Notes: generated from the sequence alone by a model not told the origin. DNA of 64,000 bases from an uncultured Gemmatimonadales bacterium (GCA_963795085.1 CAWCFX010000004.1:431738-495737); one strand, 5' to 3'; positions 1 through 9,970 are shown, counted from the first letter of the stretch. Numbers and translations are program-made.

Positions 1-1250
1 GGCACGTCATTGATGACCAGCCCGCCGACCTCGACCTGCTCGAAGGCGCGCTTGATGGTGCGGATATCATGGGTGAAGAGCCCCGCCTGGAGCCCATAGG
101 GGCCCCGGTTGACCTCGGCGACGGCTTCGTCGATCGCGGCGTAACGGCGGACGGTGGTGACCGGCGCGAAGATCTCCTCCGCGTTCACCCGCATCTCCGT
201 CCGGGTGTCGAGCAGGACGGCCGGGGCGACGACAGTTCCCCGGCGGCTTCCACCGACGGCGACCGAGGCGCCAGCCGTCACCGCCTCCGCGATCCACTCG
301 TCGACCCGGGTGGCGTTGGCCAGGTCGATCACCGGGCCCACGTCGGTTGCCGCGTCCAGCGGATCGCCGGTCCGGAGCGCCCGCACCGCCCGGGTGAAGC
401 GATCCACAAACTCATGGTACACCCGCTCGTGGACCAGGATGCGCTGGGTGGAGATGCAGGATTGCCCGGCATAGATGTACCCGCCGGCGACACAGCGGGC
501 CACCGCATGGTCCAGGTCGGCGTCCGGCTCGACGATGACGGCCGCGTTGCCCCCCAGTTCCAGCGCCACCCGCTTCATGGGCGCCCGTTGCCTGATCATC
601 CAGCCGACCCGGGCCGACCCGGTGAAGCTGATCATGCGGATTCGGGGGTCATCGAGCAGGGGTGCGGCGTCCTCGTTGCTGCAGGGCAGGATGGAGATGG
701 CGCCCTCGGGATAGCCGCTCCGGGCCACCATACCGGCCAGCCGCATCGTCGAGAGCGGGTCCTGCGGCGGCGGCTTCAGCACCATGGTGGCGCCGCAGGC
801 CATGGCCGGCGCCAGTTTGTGAGCCGCCAGGAGCAGGGGAAAGTTGAAGGGCGTGATTGCCGCGATGGGCGAAAGCGGAAACCGCCGGGTCAGTCCCCAG
901 CGGCCCTCGCCATGCGGCAGCAGGTCCATGGGAATCACCTCGCCGCCGATCCGCTTGGACTCTTCCATCCCCTGCTCGAAGACAAAGATGGTCCGGTCCA
1001 GCTCCGCCCGTGCCAGCGCCAGCGGTTTTCCCGCCTCGGCCGCCAGCAGCCGGGCCAGGTCCTCCTTCTCTTCGACCAGCGCGGCCCGGACCCGCCCCAG
1101 TGCCGCCGCCCGGGCATGGGACGGGACCGCCTGGGCCACCGGCGCCGCGGCAACGGCGGCGTCAATCGCGGCCACCACGGCTTCCCGGCCGGCGAGCGCG
1201 ACTCGGCCGACCACCGAACCGTCGTAGGGACTCCGGATTTCACTGTTCAT
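1..1250 (-). CDS. Aldehyde dehydrogenase family protein (3' end runs off the window)
   Basis: Manual translation from ATG at 1250: MNSEIRSPYDGSVVGRV... It has the ALDH motifs ITPFNFP, LKP, SFTGS, LELGGNAA, catalytic GQSCIS and EEIFAPV. The start overlaps the upstream stop (ATGA). Confidence 0.93.
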   Translation of the reverse strand, partial: MNSEIRSPYDGSVVGRVALAGREAVVAAIDAAVAAAPVAQAVPSHARAAALGRVRAALVEEKEDLARLLAAEAGKPLALARAELDRTIFVFEQGMEESKRIGGEVIPMDLLPHGEGRWGLTRRFPLSPIAAITPFNFPLLLAAHKLAPAMACGATMVLKPPPQDPLSTMRLAGMVARSGYPEGAISILPCSNEDAAPLLDDPRIRMISFTGSARVGWMIRQRAPMKRVALELGGNAAVIVEPDADLDHAVARCVAGGYIYAGQSCISTQRILVHERVYHEFVDRFTRAVRALRTGDPLDAATDVGPVIDLANATRVDEWIAEAVTAGASVAVGGSRRGTVVAPAVLLDTRTEMRVNAEEIFAPVTTVRRYAAIDEAVAEVNRGPYGLQAGLFTHDIRTIKRAFEQVEVGGLVINDV

Positions 1251-2308
1251 TGACTGGCTGCCTCGATGATGCTCTCCCGGTCGCCCCGTTCCCACCGGCG
1301 GAAGATATCCTCGTCGGGCAGGGATGCGATGCGGCCCAGGATCAAGAGGGCAGGGAGGGCGTGCCCCGGGGTCTTCCACCGGGCCATCTCGACCAGGGAA
1401 GGCAGAGCCGCCGCCCGGAGCTCGTGGAGGAGGCCGGAGTCGCGTGCCTCGGTGACCTGCATCAGTGCCATGCTGGACTTGTTGCGGTCGGTCCAGACCG
1501 GGGAACTGAGCAGGGCCACCAGCGGCTCCGTCGGGACGGGGATTCGGCCTTCCGGGTGTCTTCCCCGGAATCCCGCGACCAGGGCCAGCGCCCGGATCGC
1601 GTTGTTGCGCACGGCGGGAGCCGGGTCCCGGGCGGCGTACGCCAGGTCGGCGACGATGCTCGCCTTGTCCGGATAGTACGCCAGGACCTGCGCCGCGATC
1701 GCCCGATCACGGGCCTCGGAGGACTCGCGAAGCACCGCGCGCAGGGCGTCGGAGTGCCGGGCAGCAAGGACGATAAAGTCCTCCTGCTCCGTGCGCGCCG
1801 CCGGAAACCGCATCAGGGAGTGGCCCTCCGCATCGTCCTCGGCGAACTCGCCCGCCTGCATCGCCGCGGCGAGAGCAGCCTCGAAGCGGCGGTGGGCCTC
1901 CAACACGGCGTCCGGCAGCGCCGCGCTGCCCCCGGGCTCGGAACGAAAGGAGAGACTGGCTGCCCCGGCCTCGATGATGCCGATGTAGACGATACTCCGG
2001 CCTTCCTCGCAGCAGACGACATCCAGTGTGGCGCGGGTAACCCCGGGGATGGCCTCCAGCCGAACGAGGGCGTTCCGAAGCCCCGGCGTCACCGAGTCGC
2101 CGGCCTGGATGCCCACGGCGGCATCCACGGCGGCAGGGGAAATGGTGCGAATTCCGAAGTAATCCACGGCGCCGACCGTCGGCATCTGGGCCGCCAGTGG
2201 GGCGGGCTGGAGCAGCGAGACAGCGGCTCCGATTCCGCAAAGGATGCCACGGGTCCTGCAGGCGACCCGGGCGACATTCTCAGCCAGCGCCTTCAGGCCA
2301 GCATTCAA
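1247..2308 (-). CDS. Secreted HEAT-repeat-containing protein
   Basis: Signal-like segment AAVSLLQPAPLAAQ and HEAT-like motifs (RDRAIAAQVL, DPAPAVRNNAIRAL). The true start may be downstream. Confidence 0.6.
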   Translation of the reverse strand: MNAGLKALAENVARVACRTRGILCGIGAAVSLLQPAPLAAQMPTVGAVDYFGIRTISPAAVDAAVGIQAGDSVTPGLRNALVRLEAIPGVTRATLDVVCCEEGRSIVYIGIIEAGAASLSFRSEPGGSAALPDAVLEAHRRFEAALAAAMQAGEFAEDDAEGHSLMRFPAARTEQEDFIVLAARHSDALRAVLRESSEARDRAIAAQVLAYYPDKASIVADLAYAARDPAPAVRNNAIRALALVAGFRGRHPEGRIPVPTEPLVALLSSPVWTDRNKSSMALMQVTEARDSGLLHELRAAALPSLVEMARWKTPGHALPALLILGRIASLPDEDIFRRWERGDRESIIEAASQ

Positions 2309-2865
2309 GAGCAGCCCTCGACATAACCCACCTCCGGCATCCGGCCGGCCCGGTACCGGGTGACTCGGCTGCCATCCGTTTCGAAAATGATGCGGAGTCC
2401 GGAATCGGGCGGGGTGCTCTCCCCGACCACCAGGTAGTGGCCATCGGTGTACTTGTGCGGCTGGACCGTCAGGCCGGGATAGAGTTCGAGGATGCGCTGC
2501 TCCGGATCGCCGATGCGGGCGCCCTCGCGGGTCCCGATAGTGCTGTCCTCGATGTTGACTCTGGCGATCCGGTCATGGGCGGTGAGAAAGCTGACCGGGC
2601 TGCCGGCGGAGTCGCCCGCGAAATAGACGTAGCCGCACTCCTCGGAACTGCCGGTAAGCGGGGCGCCGAATGCCTTGCCGCCCGCCGCGGCTGCCTCGGC
2701 CAGGGTCATCCCGGCGTGAATGGGTCCATAGCCCTCCGGGGTCACGGACCACGCGACGGGAGCGGCCGGGGGGGCCTCGCCGGAGGGCGGGCGGGGCGCT
2801 TCCTTCGACTGGCAGGCGGAGAGGATCGTCAGTACGGCGAGAGCCAGCATCCTGGCGGGGTTCAT
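2305..2865 (-). CDS. Hypothetical lipoprotein
   Basis: Lipobox ILSAC after MNPARMLALAVLT, a Pro/Ala linker, and a C-terminal EGCS. Coupled to the next gene. Confidence 0.75.
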   Translation of the reverse strand: MNPARMLALAVLTILSACQSKEAPRPPSGEAPPAAPVAWSVTPEGYGPIHAGMTLAEAAAAGGKAFGAPLTGSSEECGYVYFAGDSAGSPVSFLTAHDRIARVNIEDSTIGTREGARIGDPEQRILELYPGLTVQPHKYTDGHYLVVGESTPPDSGLRIIFETDGSRVTRYRAGRMPEVGYVEGCS

Positions 2866-2963
2866 GTGCAGCCTTGAATTCACGAGGTCCGGACCCAACC
2901 GGGGTGGCTCGGTCCCGCTGAACTATATGCGTTCGCGGGCCCGGGGATCAACCAGCGCTCCCC

Positions 2964-3296
2964 TCACATCATGGTAAAGAGATTCCAGGCGCCGAGGGCG
3001 GAAGCCATGACCAGGAGAATGGTCGCGCTCAATGCCCAGGGACCGGGGGGGAACCGGCGGCGGGCCAGCCGTGCCAGCAGGATGGCCACGACGCACCCGG
3101 CCAGGGAGAGGAGCGCGATCAGCTGGGCCGACCGCCACGAATACGGAAACCCTGCGAAGAACAACCGCTGCAGTTCCACTGGGGGAAGCGCCTTGTCGAA
3201 CACCATGATCCAGTGTGCAAAGGCGTACACTGGAAAGGCAAAGGCGGCGACCGCGGCCAGCAGCATGATGCGGGACGCGCGGTCGCGTACCTCCAT
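2964..3296 (-). CDS. Small membrane protein (about 3 TM)
   Basis: 110 aa with three hydrophobic segments, co-oriented in a minus-strand run. Confidence 0.65.
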   Translation of the reverse strand: MEVRDRASRIMLLAAVAAFAFPVYAFAHWIMVFDKALPPVELQRLFFAGFPYSWRSAQLIALLSLAGCVVAILLARLARRRFPPGPWALSATILLVMASALGAWNLFTMM

Positions 3297-3301
3297 GGGT
3301 C

Positions 3302-3769
3302 CTACTGTCCCCGGGTGCCGCGGGCCCGAAGCTGGACCACCGAATCGGCAGCCGTCGTCGCGTAGTGCGCTACGACGTTACTGATCATCCGGTCGCCGCG
3401 AAGCCGGGACACCAGGGAGACGCTGACCGGTACGCCGGGGCGCAGCGCGCTCGTGTAGGGCCCCGCTTCGGCGACGATGCTGTCTCCCGCCACGTGGAGA
3501 ATGCGCATCGGGACCGGATCGGTCCGGTCGGGGAAGATGATCGACCAGCCGGTGGTATCCGCCGTAGCGATCAGCTGATAGGTCAGCAGCGTGGTGTCCT
3601 GACCGGCCGGGCCCAGCTGCATGGTCCAGGTGCCCGCCACGTCGGTCAGAGTAATGGGGGCGGGGGCAGCGGGTGCCATACTGGTCGAGTCCGCGGCCGG
3701 CTTGGCCTCCTCCTTGGAACAGGCGGCCACCAGGGCCACCACCATCAGCAACTGGATCGAACGTCTCAT
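3302..3769 (-). CDS. Hypothetical lipoprotein
   Basis: Lipobox VAAC (MRRSIQLLMVVALVAAC) and a GAGGAG RBS upstream. Confidence 0.8.
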   Translation of the reverse strand: MRRSIQLLMVVALVAACSKEEAKPAADSTSMAPAAPAPITLTDVAGTWTMQLGPAGQDTTLLTYQLIATADTTGWSIIFPDRTDPVPMRILHVAGDSIVAEAGPYTSALRPGVPVSVSLVSRLRGDRMISNVVAHYATTAADSVVQLRARGTRGQ

Positions 3770-3832
3770 CGGGAACTCCTCGGGGTTGGGGGGACTGGGA
3801 GGGATGATACCGGTCCCGCGGGTTTCCGCAAG

Positions 3833-4240
3833 TCAGGGGCGCAGCGAGTCGGAGACCGGTGGCTGCGGCACATACCCGGCCTCGAAACGGAACCTGAACG
3901 AGGACTGGTCCTCCAGCCGCCTCGGCACGATGGTAACCAGCCGGATAGTCTTCCCTGGCGGCACCACGGGGCCCGGCCGGTGAACCTTGCAGGTCCGGCT
4001 CGAGATGTTGGCGCATTCGAAGACTTCGTACGACAAGACCTGGATCTCCCGTGTCGAGTTGTTCCGGAGCATAACGCTCTGCTCACTCACCCCGTGGGTG
4101 GTCTCCACCCAGTACGTCAGGGCGGCTATCGCGGCCGCCCTGGCCTGGACCGCGCTGTCCGGCCGGGTATAGACCTGGGCCAACCCGGGCGATATGCAGA
4201 GTACAGGGGTGATACTGAGCGCGACGAGCGCGGTGCGCAT
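3833..4240 (-). CDS. Hypothetical secreted protein
   Basis: Signal peptide MRTALVALSITPVLCISPGLAQ, starting a few nt after the stop of the DUF2339-like gene. Confidence 0.6.
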   Translation of the reverse strand: MRTALVALSITPVLCISPGLAQVYTRPDSAVQARAAAIAALTYWVETTHGVSEQSVMLRNNSTREIQVLSYEVFECANISSRTCKVHRPGPVVPPGKTIRLVTIVPRRLEDQSSFRFRFEAGYVPQPPVSDSLRP

Positions 4241-4244
4241 GACG

Positions 4245-6161
4245 TCAGGCCTCCCGCGTCCTGGCTTGCCGGTGATACAGGTAGGCAATGCCGAGCGACA
4301 CGACGCCGAGAATGAGCACGGAGCCGACCCGGTACAGCGCGTCCAGCGTGGAGAGATCGAACACCACCACCTTCAGGACCGCCATGCCCGCCACCGCCAG
4401 GCCGGCGATCCGCACCGTTTTTCTATTCCGTCCGAATCCGAACAGCACCAGCCCCGCCGCGAACGCAATCCACCACGCGCTCACCCCCAGGCCGCTGGCC
4501 AGTGCGGCGGTGGGCTGGGGCAGCGTACTCTGCTGAAAGTATCGGTGCAGTTCCCCGGTAACGCCGAAGAGAAGCGCCAGTCCGGACGCCGCCCAGCAGA
4601 AAGCCGAGACGCCGGTGACCACGTCCGGTCCGGGTTCCGGTTCCCGGCGCCAGAGGCCGGCGCCGTATGCCGCCAGGGCTACCGTGGTGGCCCACAGGGC
4701 CAGGGCCCAGTCATCCCGGAACGCGGGCGAGGCGCCCGTGCGGGCCGGCAGATCCAGGTGGAGCAGGTGAACGACGGCGGTCACCAGGGCGAGCAGCCCG
4801 TACCAGCGTCCATCGGTCCGGCGCAAGGGATGATCGAGGGCGGCCCAGAGGACCGCCGCCGCCAGCGCCGCCCAGGTTGCCGCGAGCCCCTCCCACTGAA
4901 GGAGGATTCCGGCCAGGACCGCGGTGGTGCCGACCAGTGCGAACCGAACCCGGACCGCCTGGTAGCCCGCGAGCAGGTAGGGGATGGCCACCATCATCGC
5001 CACCAGTCCCCCGTTCCGGTCGAACGCCGCGGGCGCCACCTGGTAGGTTGCCCAGGCGAGGAGAACCGGCGTCAGGTAGAAATAGAAAGTCTCTCCCGAT
5101 GACTGATCGCCCGGCGTAGTACTCTCCGCGGAAGGCCAGATCCGAACGGAATGGAACCCTCGCCACCACACCGGCGCCGCCAGGACGATGGCGCCCGCCA
5201 GCGTCAACCCGGGGTTCTCCATGCTCTGGTTGGCGAGAGCCAGCAGGCTCCACCCGCCCGAGAAGGCCAGGATCCGGGTTTCCCACCACCCTTCCCGGAG
5301 CCCGACATAGAGACCGGCGCTCCCGCCGAACAAGGCATAGGCGAGCATCAGGTGGGGATCGGCGGACTCGGCGGCGCGGGGCAGGACCTGGCCGAAATAG
5401 CTGGCGGCCACCACCACCATGGTCATCCGCCACTGGCGGCGGGCGGAAACCCAGCCCATGGCGATTCCCATGAACCCGAGGTAGAGCAGCAGGGTATTGA
5501 CGTCGGCCGCCGATTGGCCGAGAAGAGCGGGGGCGAAAAACGCACCGAGTGCCGCCGTGGCGCCCAGGGCCTCGACATTGATCAGGTAAGCGATGGCGGC
5601 CAGGGAGAGGGACACCAGCGCGAGGCCCACGATCGCGGTGGCGGGCGGCAGGAACCCGTAGAGCCGGGCGGCGGCCCATACGGCCAGGTAAATGATTGCG
5701 GCGCCGCAGCCGATCAGCGCGGCGCCATAGGTGAAGAGTCCCTTCCGGTGGAGCCGGTGGCCGAGCGCGCCGACCCCGAGACCGGCCAGAGCGCCACCGG
5801 CGCAGCGGGTCGCCGGAGAGATCCAGTCGCGATCGAAGGAAAGTTTGAGCAGGTAGCCCGCGGCGAGAATCACGAAGACGACCCCGACCGCGAGCAGCCC
5901 CCGCTGGCCGAACCACTGCTCACCGTCAACCGGTGGGCGAGCGGCGGGAGTGGGCACCTGAGCGGCTAGCGCTCGGTAATCAGCCTGTCCCGGGGCCGCC
6001 GGGGGCGGAGTTGCCGCCGTCGGGGTCCCCGGTCCCCCTGATCTCCCTGTCCCCTGCGAAGGCTTGCTTCGCAGGGGACCCTGGGCCACCAGTTGGCGCA
6101 CCAGGCCTTCCAGGACGCTGAGACGCTGTTCCAGCTTCTCCAGCCGTTCGTCGCTGGTCAT
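4245..6161 (-). CDS. DUF2339-family polytopic membrane protein
   Basis: N-terminal coiled coil, EQWFGQRGLLAVG...GYLLK motif, many TM helices, and C-terminal LKVVVFDLSTLDALYRVGS typical of DUF2339. Confidence 0.85.
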   Translation of the reverse strand: MTSDERLEKLEQRLSVLEGLVRQLVAQGPLRSKPSQGTGRSGGPGTPTAATPPPAAPGQADYRALAAQVPTPAARPPVDGEQWFGQRGLLAVGVVFVILAAGYLLKLSFDRDWISPATRCAGGALAGLGVGALGHRLHRKGLFTYGAALIGCGAAIIYLAVWAAARLYGFLPPATAIVGLALVSLSLAAIAYLINVEALGATAALGAFFAPALLGQSAADVNTLLLYLGFMGIAMGWVSARRQWRMTMVVVAASYFGQVLPRAAESADPHLMLAYALFGGSAGLYVGLREGWWETRILAFSGGWSLLALANQSMENPGLTLAGAIVLAAPVWWRGFHSVRIWPSAESTTPGDQSSGETFYFYLTPVLLAWATYQVAPAAFDRNGGLVAMMVAIPYLLAGYQAVRVRFALVGTTAVLAGILLQWEGLAATWAALAAAVLWAALDHPLRRTDGRWYGLLALVTAVVHLLHLDLPARTGASPAFRDDWALALWATTVALAAYGAGLWRREPEPGPDVVTGVSAFCWAASGLALLFGVTGELHRYFQQSTLPQPTAALASGLGVSAWWIAFAAGLVLFGFGRNRKTVRIAGLAVAGMAVLKVVVFDLSTLDALYRVGSVLILGVVSLGIAYLYHRQARTREA

Positions 6162-6490
6162 GGGCTGCCCGGGTTAACCCCGCCGGTGAGCAGGGGTCGA
6201 AGATGAGGGCGTGCAGGGGAGTCGGTCCAATATCGTGGAAATGCATCCCCGGGGAAAGCGCCAGAGGCCGCGCCGTCCGGTTCGCACGACCGGCTTGACA
6301 CCATGTCCGGCGGTTCCTATGGTTGACGTCGGGCTGAAGACATTTCACGGAGACCTGAATCATGCTGCTGCCGGTGCACCGCTCGCTTCGTTCGACTTTG
6401 CCGGGAGAGAACCTGAGTGCCCAGGCCGGCAATTGCCTGAACGAGGAGCCCTGAACCGTCAGTCCGCTGGTGGCATTCGCGATCCCTGCG

Positions 6491-6522
6491 CCCCGTCGGA
6501 GTTGACTCCGGCGGGGTTTTCT
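6491..6522 (+). terminator. Intrinsic terminator-like hairpin in the 5' region of the HAD gene (possible attenuator)
   Basis: CCCCGTCGGAG-TTGA-CTCCGGCGGGG followed by TTTTCT, about 115 nt upstream of the ATG at 6636. Confidence 0.7.
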
Positions 6523-6635
6523 GTTGTACGGTTGACCTGCTCGAGACTGGGGGAGGGGTGAGCACCGGCGACCGGCGATAGGCGGTCAGCGATCGGCGTT
6601 CTACCACGAGGCATCTCTACACGAGGCATCTCCAT

Positions 6636-7439
6636 ATGAAGCAGTACCTGCTGGCGAGCGATTTTGACCAAACGTTGAGTTTCAACGACTCGGGGATCGT
6701 ACTAAGCGAGCTGCTGGGAATTACGGGATTCGAAGAAAAGACCCGGGGCCTCGCCGAGGTCCACCTGGTTCAGCAGGGCGCCGAACTGGCATACCTGCTC
6801 CTGCACGACCCTGAGTATCGCCGGGTACGGCGGGAGGACCTGCTGGCGGTTGGCAAGCGGATCCGGCTCAAGCTGAACCTGCGCCTGCTGTCCCGCCTGC
6901 TGGAACGGGTGGACGGATACCGGTTCGCATTCTACGTCATCTCGGCCGCGCCCGAAGAGGTCATTCAGTCCGCACTGGAGGGGATTATTCCTCCCGACCG
7001 GATTCACGGGACCCGCTTTCGATACAGCCCCGCCACCGGGGAGATCGAATCGATTGCCAGGGTCGCTGCGGGGTACGGGAAGGTGGCGGTGGTGGACGAA
7101 TTGCGAACGCAGCTGGGCGTGGGCCCCGACCGCCTGATCTACGTGGGAGACGGCAGTTCCGACGTGCACGTCATGCTCCACGTCAACCGTCTGGGAGGGC
7201 TCACCGTGGCGGTGTCCGAGAACGACTACCTCGCGCCCATCGCCCGCCGGACTATCCTGAGCGACGATGCGCTGAGCGTGATGGTCCCCATCCTGGAGGA
7301 GGTCGTCGGCCTCGATGCGCGGGGCATTCGCGACCTGTACGAATCCCACGGCTTCGTGTTGCAGGAATGGAACAAAGTACGGCGGGATTCGCTCACCATC
7401 CGGGAGACCGGGGCGCTGCCCCGGATGATTGCGGGATGA
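6636..7439 (+). CDS. HAD-superfamily hydrolase (phosphoserine-phosphatase-like)
   Basis: Motif I SDFDQTL, motif II ISAA, motif III K (GYGK), motif [10 protein letters not shown]. Confidence 0.88.
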   Translation: MKQYLLASDFDQTLSFNDSGIVLSELLGITGFEEKTRGLAEVHLVQQGAELAYLLLHDPEYRRVRREDLLAVGKRIRLKLNLRLLSRLLERVDGYRFAFYVISAAPEEVIQSALEGIIPPDRIHGTRFRYSPATGEIESIARVAAGYGKVAVVDELRTQLGVGPDRLIYVGDGSSDVHVMLHVNRLGGLTVAVSENDYLAPIARRTILSDDALSVMVPILEEVVGLDARGIRDLYESHGFVLQEWNKVRRDSLTIRETGALPRMIAG

Positions 7440-7672
7440 CCGACGCGGTCGGCTGGGCGGCCAGCGCCGCGTTCCTCTCGTCCTACTTCTTCCGCAGCCC
7501 GGCGGCGCTGCGCCGGGTGCAGGCCGGGGCCGCGCTGCTCTGGGCGACCTACGGCATCCTGCTCGGCGCCAAGCCGATCATCGTGACCAACCTGCTGGTG
7601 GCCGGGGTGGCGCTGTGGTCGTCGTTCCGGAAGGGCGGTGGGGAAGAAGGGCCGGCGGGCGAGGCCGCCTGA
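7436..7672 (+). CDS. Small membrane protein, YgjV/PQ-loop-like
   Basis: ATGA overlap with the HAD stop; [10 protein letters not shown]...LRRVQ...[18 protein letters not shown], 3 TM. Confidence 0.7.
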   Translation: MTDAVGWAASAAFLSSYFFRSPAALRRVQAGAALLWATYGILLGAKPIIVTNLLVAGVALWSSFRKGGGEEGPAGEAA

Positions 7673-7696
7673 GACCAGTACCGCGCGGTTTGCCGC

Positions 7697-9628
7697 TCAC
7701 ATCAGCGCATCGCGCACCTCGGCCGCACTGGCGATCGCGATATCCACGTCCTTGGAGAGGGCCCGGGCCTGCTGGGTCGCGTGGGTGAGGTCGCCGAGGG
7801 CGCTGCCGGAATCCGAGGAGCGGAGCCGAAGCAGGTCGAACCGGACGTTCTGCATCGCCAGGAGGCAGCTGTCCATGTGCTTCGCCACCTGGCTCCGGCG
7901 GTCCTGCAGCTCCACGATCTTGCGCTTCTTGCTTTCCAGGAGCGACAGGCGCCGGGTTTTCTCCTCGTCTTCCGGTTCCCGCTCGATCGCGGAGATCCGC
8001 TCGTCAATGCCCACCAGCTCCCGGGTATCCAGGTTGGTGTCCATGGCGTGAAGGGTGCGGGCCAGGTCGGCGGCGCGGTTGTAGAGTCCGTCCACCGTGT
8101 GGATCACGTCGTCCGGCAGCATCGCCCGCTCGGCCGGCGAGAGCCGCTCGACCAGCTTGAGGATCGCCGCGCGGTCGGTGTAGGCCTGCTGGATCGCGGG
8201 GTACTGCATGCCGAACTCGCCGGCCCGGGGCGCCGACAGCGTGCGCTGCTGCGCCTTGCTCCCCCGCCCCAGCGCCCGGTCCATGGAGTCGTGGGCTACC
8301 GGGCGGTTGAACACATCCCGCCAGCTGTACCCTAGCTGCCAGAGCTTGGCGTAGTCCTTGAGGAGCCCGATTCCCATGCCGCCGGCCACGAAGAGGAACC
8401 AGGGCGCATCGAGGCCGGTGGCGATATTGATCATGAAGCAGCCGCCGGAGGTCGCGGCCCAGGTGGCGAACCGGTGGCGTACCTTCTGGACAATCTCCGG
8501 CTCCCCGGTGTCGGGGATCTGGTTTTCTTCTTCGTCCTTTTTCTTGCGGGGCTGCCGGCCGCGGTCGCGCCGAGCCGGGTAGCCGGGCCGGCCCCATTCT
8601 TCGTCCATCCGGTCGCGGGCCCGCTCCAGCGGGGCGTGCGACCGGGCTGGGGGGCGGGGGGAGGTCGGCCGGCGGGCGCCGGTGCCGGGCCGCTCGCTGC
8701 CGGTGGACCGGCGCGGCGGTAGGGCCGTGCCGGGGCGCCGGGTCTGGCTGGTGGGCCGGTAGCCGGTGACGGTACGGTTCTCCAGCGAACGCCGCAGGGC
8801 ATCCGCCGTGGGCCAGCGATTCTCCGGGTCTTTCTCGAGGCAGCGGGCGATGGCCAGGGCGAGGTCTTCCGGAATGTCGTCCCGCTTGGCCGAGACCATC
8901 GGCGCCGGCTCGGTGATCTGCTTCATCAGGATGCCGGCCACCGTGGGGGCCGTGAAGGGCAGCTCGCCGGTCGCCATCTGGTAGGCGACCACCCCGAGGC
9001 TGTAGATATCGGAGCGCCCGTCGATCTCTTTCTCTCCGGCGGCCTGTTCCGGGCTCATGAACGAGGGGGTGCCGATGGCGACGCCGGCGCTGGTCAGGGT
9101 GCCGCCGCCCACCGATGACAGCGCCTTGGCGATCCCGAAATCGGTCACCATTACCCGGCCACGGGTGCCTTCGAGCAGGATGTTGTCCGGCTTGATGTCC
9201 CTGTGGATGATGGCCAGGCCATGCGCGGCGGAGAGGGCATCGGCCGTCTCCTTCATGATGCGGCGCACTTCCTCCGGCGGCAGGTTGCCCCGCCGCTGGA
9301 TCCGGCTGGAAAGCGACTCGCCATCCACGTAGCCCATGATGAAATAGACGAGGGAGCTGCCTTCGCCGACCGTGTAGATGGGCACCACATGAGGATGGGA
9401 GAGCCGGGCTGCGGTCTGGGCCTCCCGGCTGAAACGCTCCCGGATGTCGGCCTGGTAGGCCAGCTCGGGGGGGAGGACCTTGATGGCGACCCGGCGTTTG
9501 AGCTTCTCGTCCCGGGCCCGGTAGACTACGCCCATACCCCCACGCCCGATCTCTCCCTCAATGGTATAGGCGGAACCAAGCGCCTCATTGAGACGGACGG
9601 GAAGCGGTTTTTGAGTGGGGTCGGTCAT
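7697..9628 (-). CDS. Hanks-type Ser/Thr protein kinase with 2-TM hairpin and C-terminal coiled coil
   Basis: GRGGMGVVY, VAIK, HRDIKPDN, DFG and GTPSFMSPE motifs, a hydrophobic pair FATWAATS...WFLFVAGGMG, and a helical C-terminus. Confidence 0.93.
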   Translation of the reverse strand: MTDPTQKPLPVRLNEALGSAYTIEGEIGRGGMGVVYRARDEKLKRRVAIKVLPPELAYQADIRERFSREAQTAARLSHPHVVPIYTVGEGSSLVYFIMGYVDGESLSSRIQRRGNLPPEEVRRIMKETADALSAAHGLAIIHRDIKPDNILLEGTRGRVMVTDFGIAKALSSVGGGTLTSAGVAIGTPSFMSPEQAAGEKEIDGRSDIYSLGVVAYQMATGELPFTAPTVAGILMKQITEPAPMVSAKRDDIPEDLALAIARCLEKDPENRWPTADALRRSLENRTVTGYRPTSQTRRPGTALPPRRSTGSERPGTGARRPTSPRPPARSHAPLERARDRMDEEWGRPGYPARRDRGRQPRKKKDEEENQIPDTGEPEIVQKVRHRFATWAATSGGCFMINIATGLDAPWFLFVAGGMGIGLLKDYAKLWQLGYSWRDVFNRPVAHDSMDRALGRGSKAQQRTLSAPRAGEFGMQYPAIQQAYTDRAAILKLVERLSPAERAMLPDDVIHTVDGLYNRAADLARTLHAMDTNLDTRELVGIDERISAIEREPEDEEKTRRLSLLESKKRKIVELQDRRSQVAKHMDSCLLAMQNVRFDLLRLRSSDSGSALGDLTHATQQARALSKDVDIAIASAAEVRDALM

Positions 9629-9687
9629 TCGGGTATCCGCATCACAAGCATAGATTTAGCATGAAGATGGCTCACTGGCAACTGGAA

Positions 9688-9817
9688 AAGGGGGCCAGGG
9701 GGTCAGAGGGCTAGGGGGCAAGGTGGCAAGGAGGACAGGAGGAGCCAGTTCAACTCATCGGCGGGCCTCGCTTCCCTTGCCCTCTTGCCCCCCTTGCTTC
9801 TGACCCCCTTCTTCCCC
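9688..9817. repeat. Long imperfect inverted repeat built from GGGGCAAG-like units
   Basis: AGGGGGTCAGAGGGCTAGGGGGCAAGGTGGCAAGG pairs with CCTTGCCCTCTTGCCCCCCTTGCTTCTGACCCCCT. Confidence 0.7.
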
Positions 9818-9954
9818 GCCTCTTTGGCAGCCCCCGCTACAGCGGGCCCTGCGTCACATCCTGTTCCGGAGGCCCGGGCCACTTTGTTTCGTAACCAATA
9901 AGCCCTTGCCGGCGTTATCTATAGAGTGTTCCGAGTCTCCGGTGGCAGTCGACG

Positions 9955-9970
9955 TGGCACATGAGGTGCA
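9955..9970 (+). promoter_or_regulatory. Putative sigma54 (-24/-12) promoter for lon
   Basis: TGGCAC-ATGAG-GTGCA gives exact GG-N10-GC spacing, about 65 nt upstream of the lon ATG. Confidence 0.55.

Noticed and set aside
69-1253. 394-aa plus-strand ORF
   Set aside because: It is the antisense shadow of the minus-strand aldehyde dehydrogenase, which the track omits because its stop is outside the window.
6466-6495. T-box antiterminator (GGTGGCATTCGCG...CGCCCC)
   Set aside because: The bulge lacks the conserved UGGNACC and no stem I motifs are recognisable. It is kept only as an unassigned leader.
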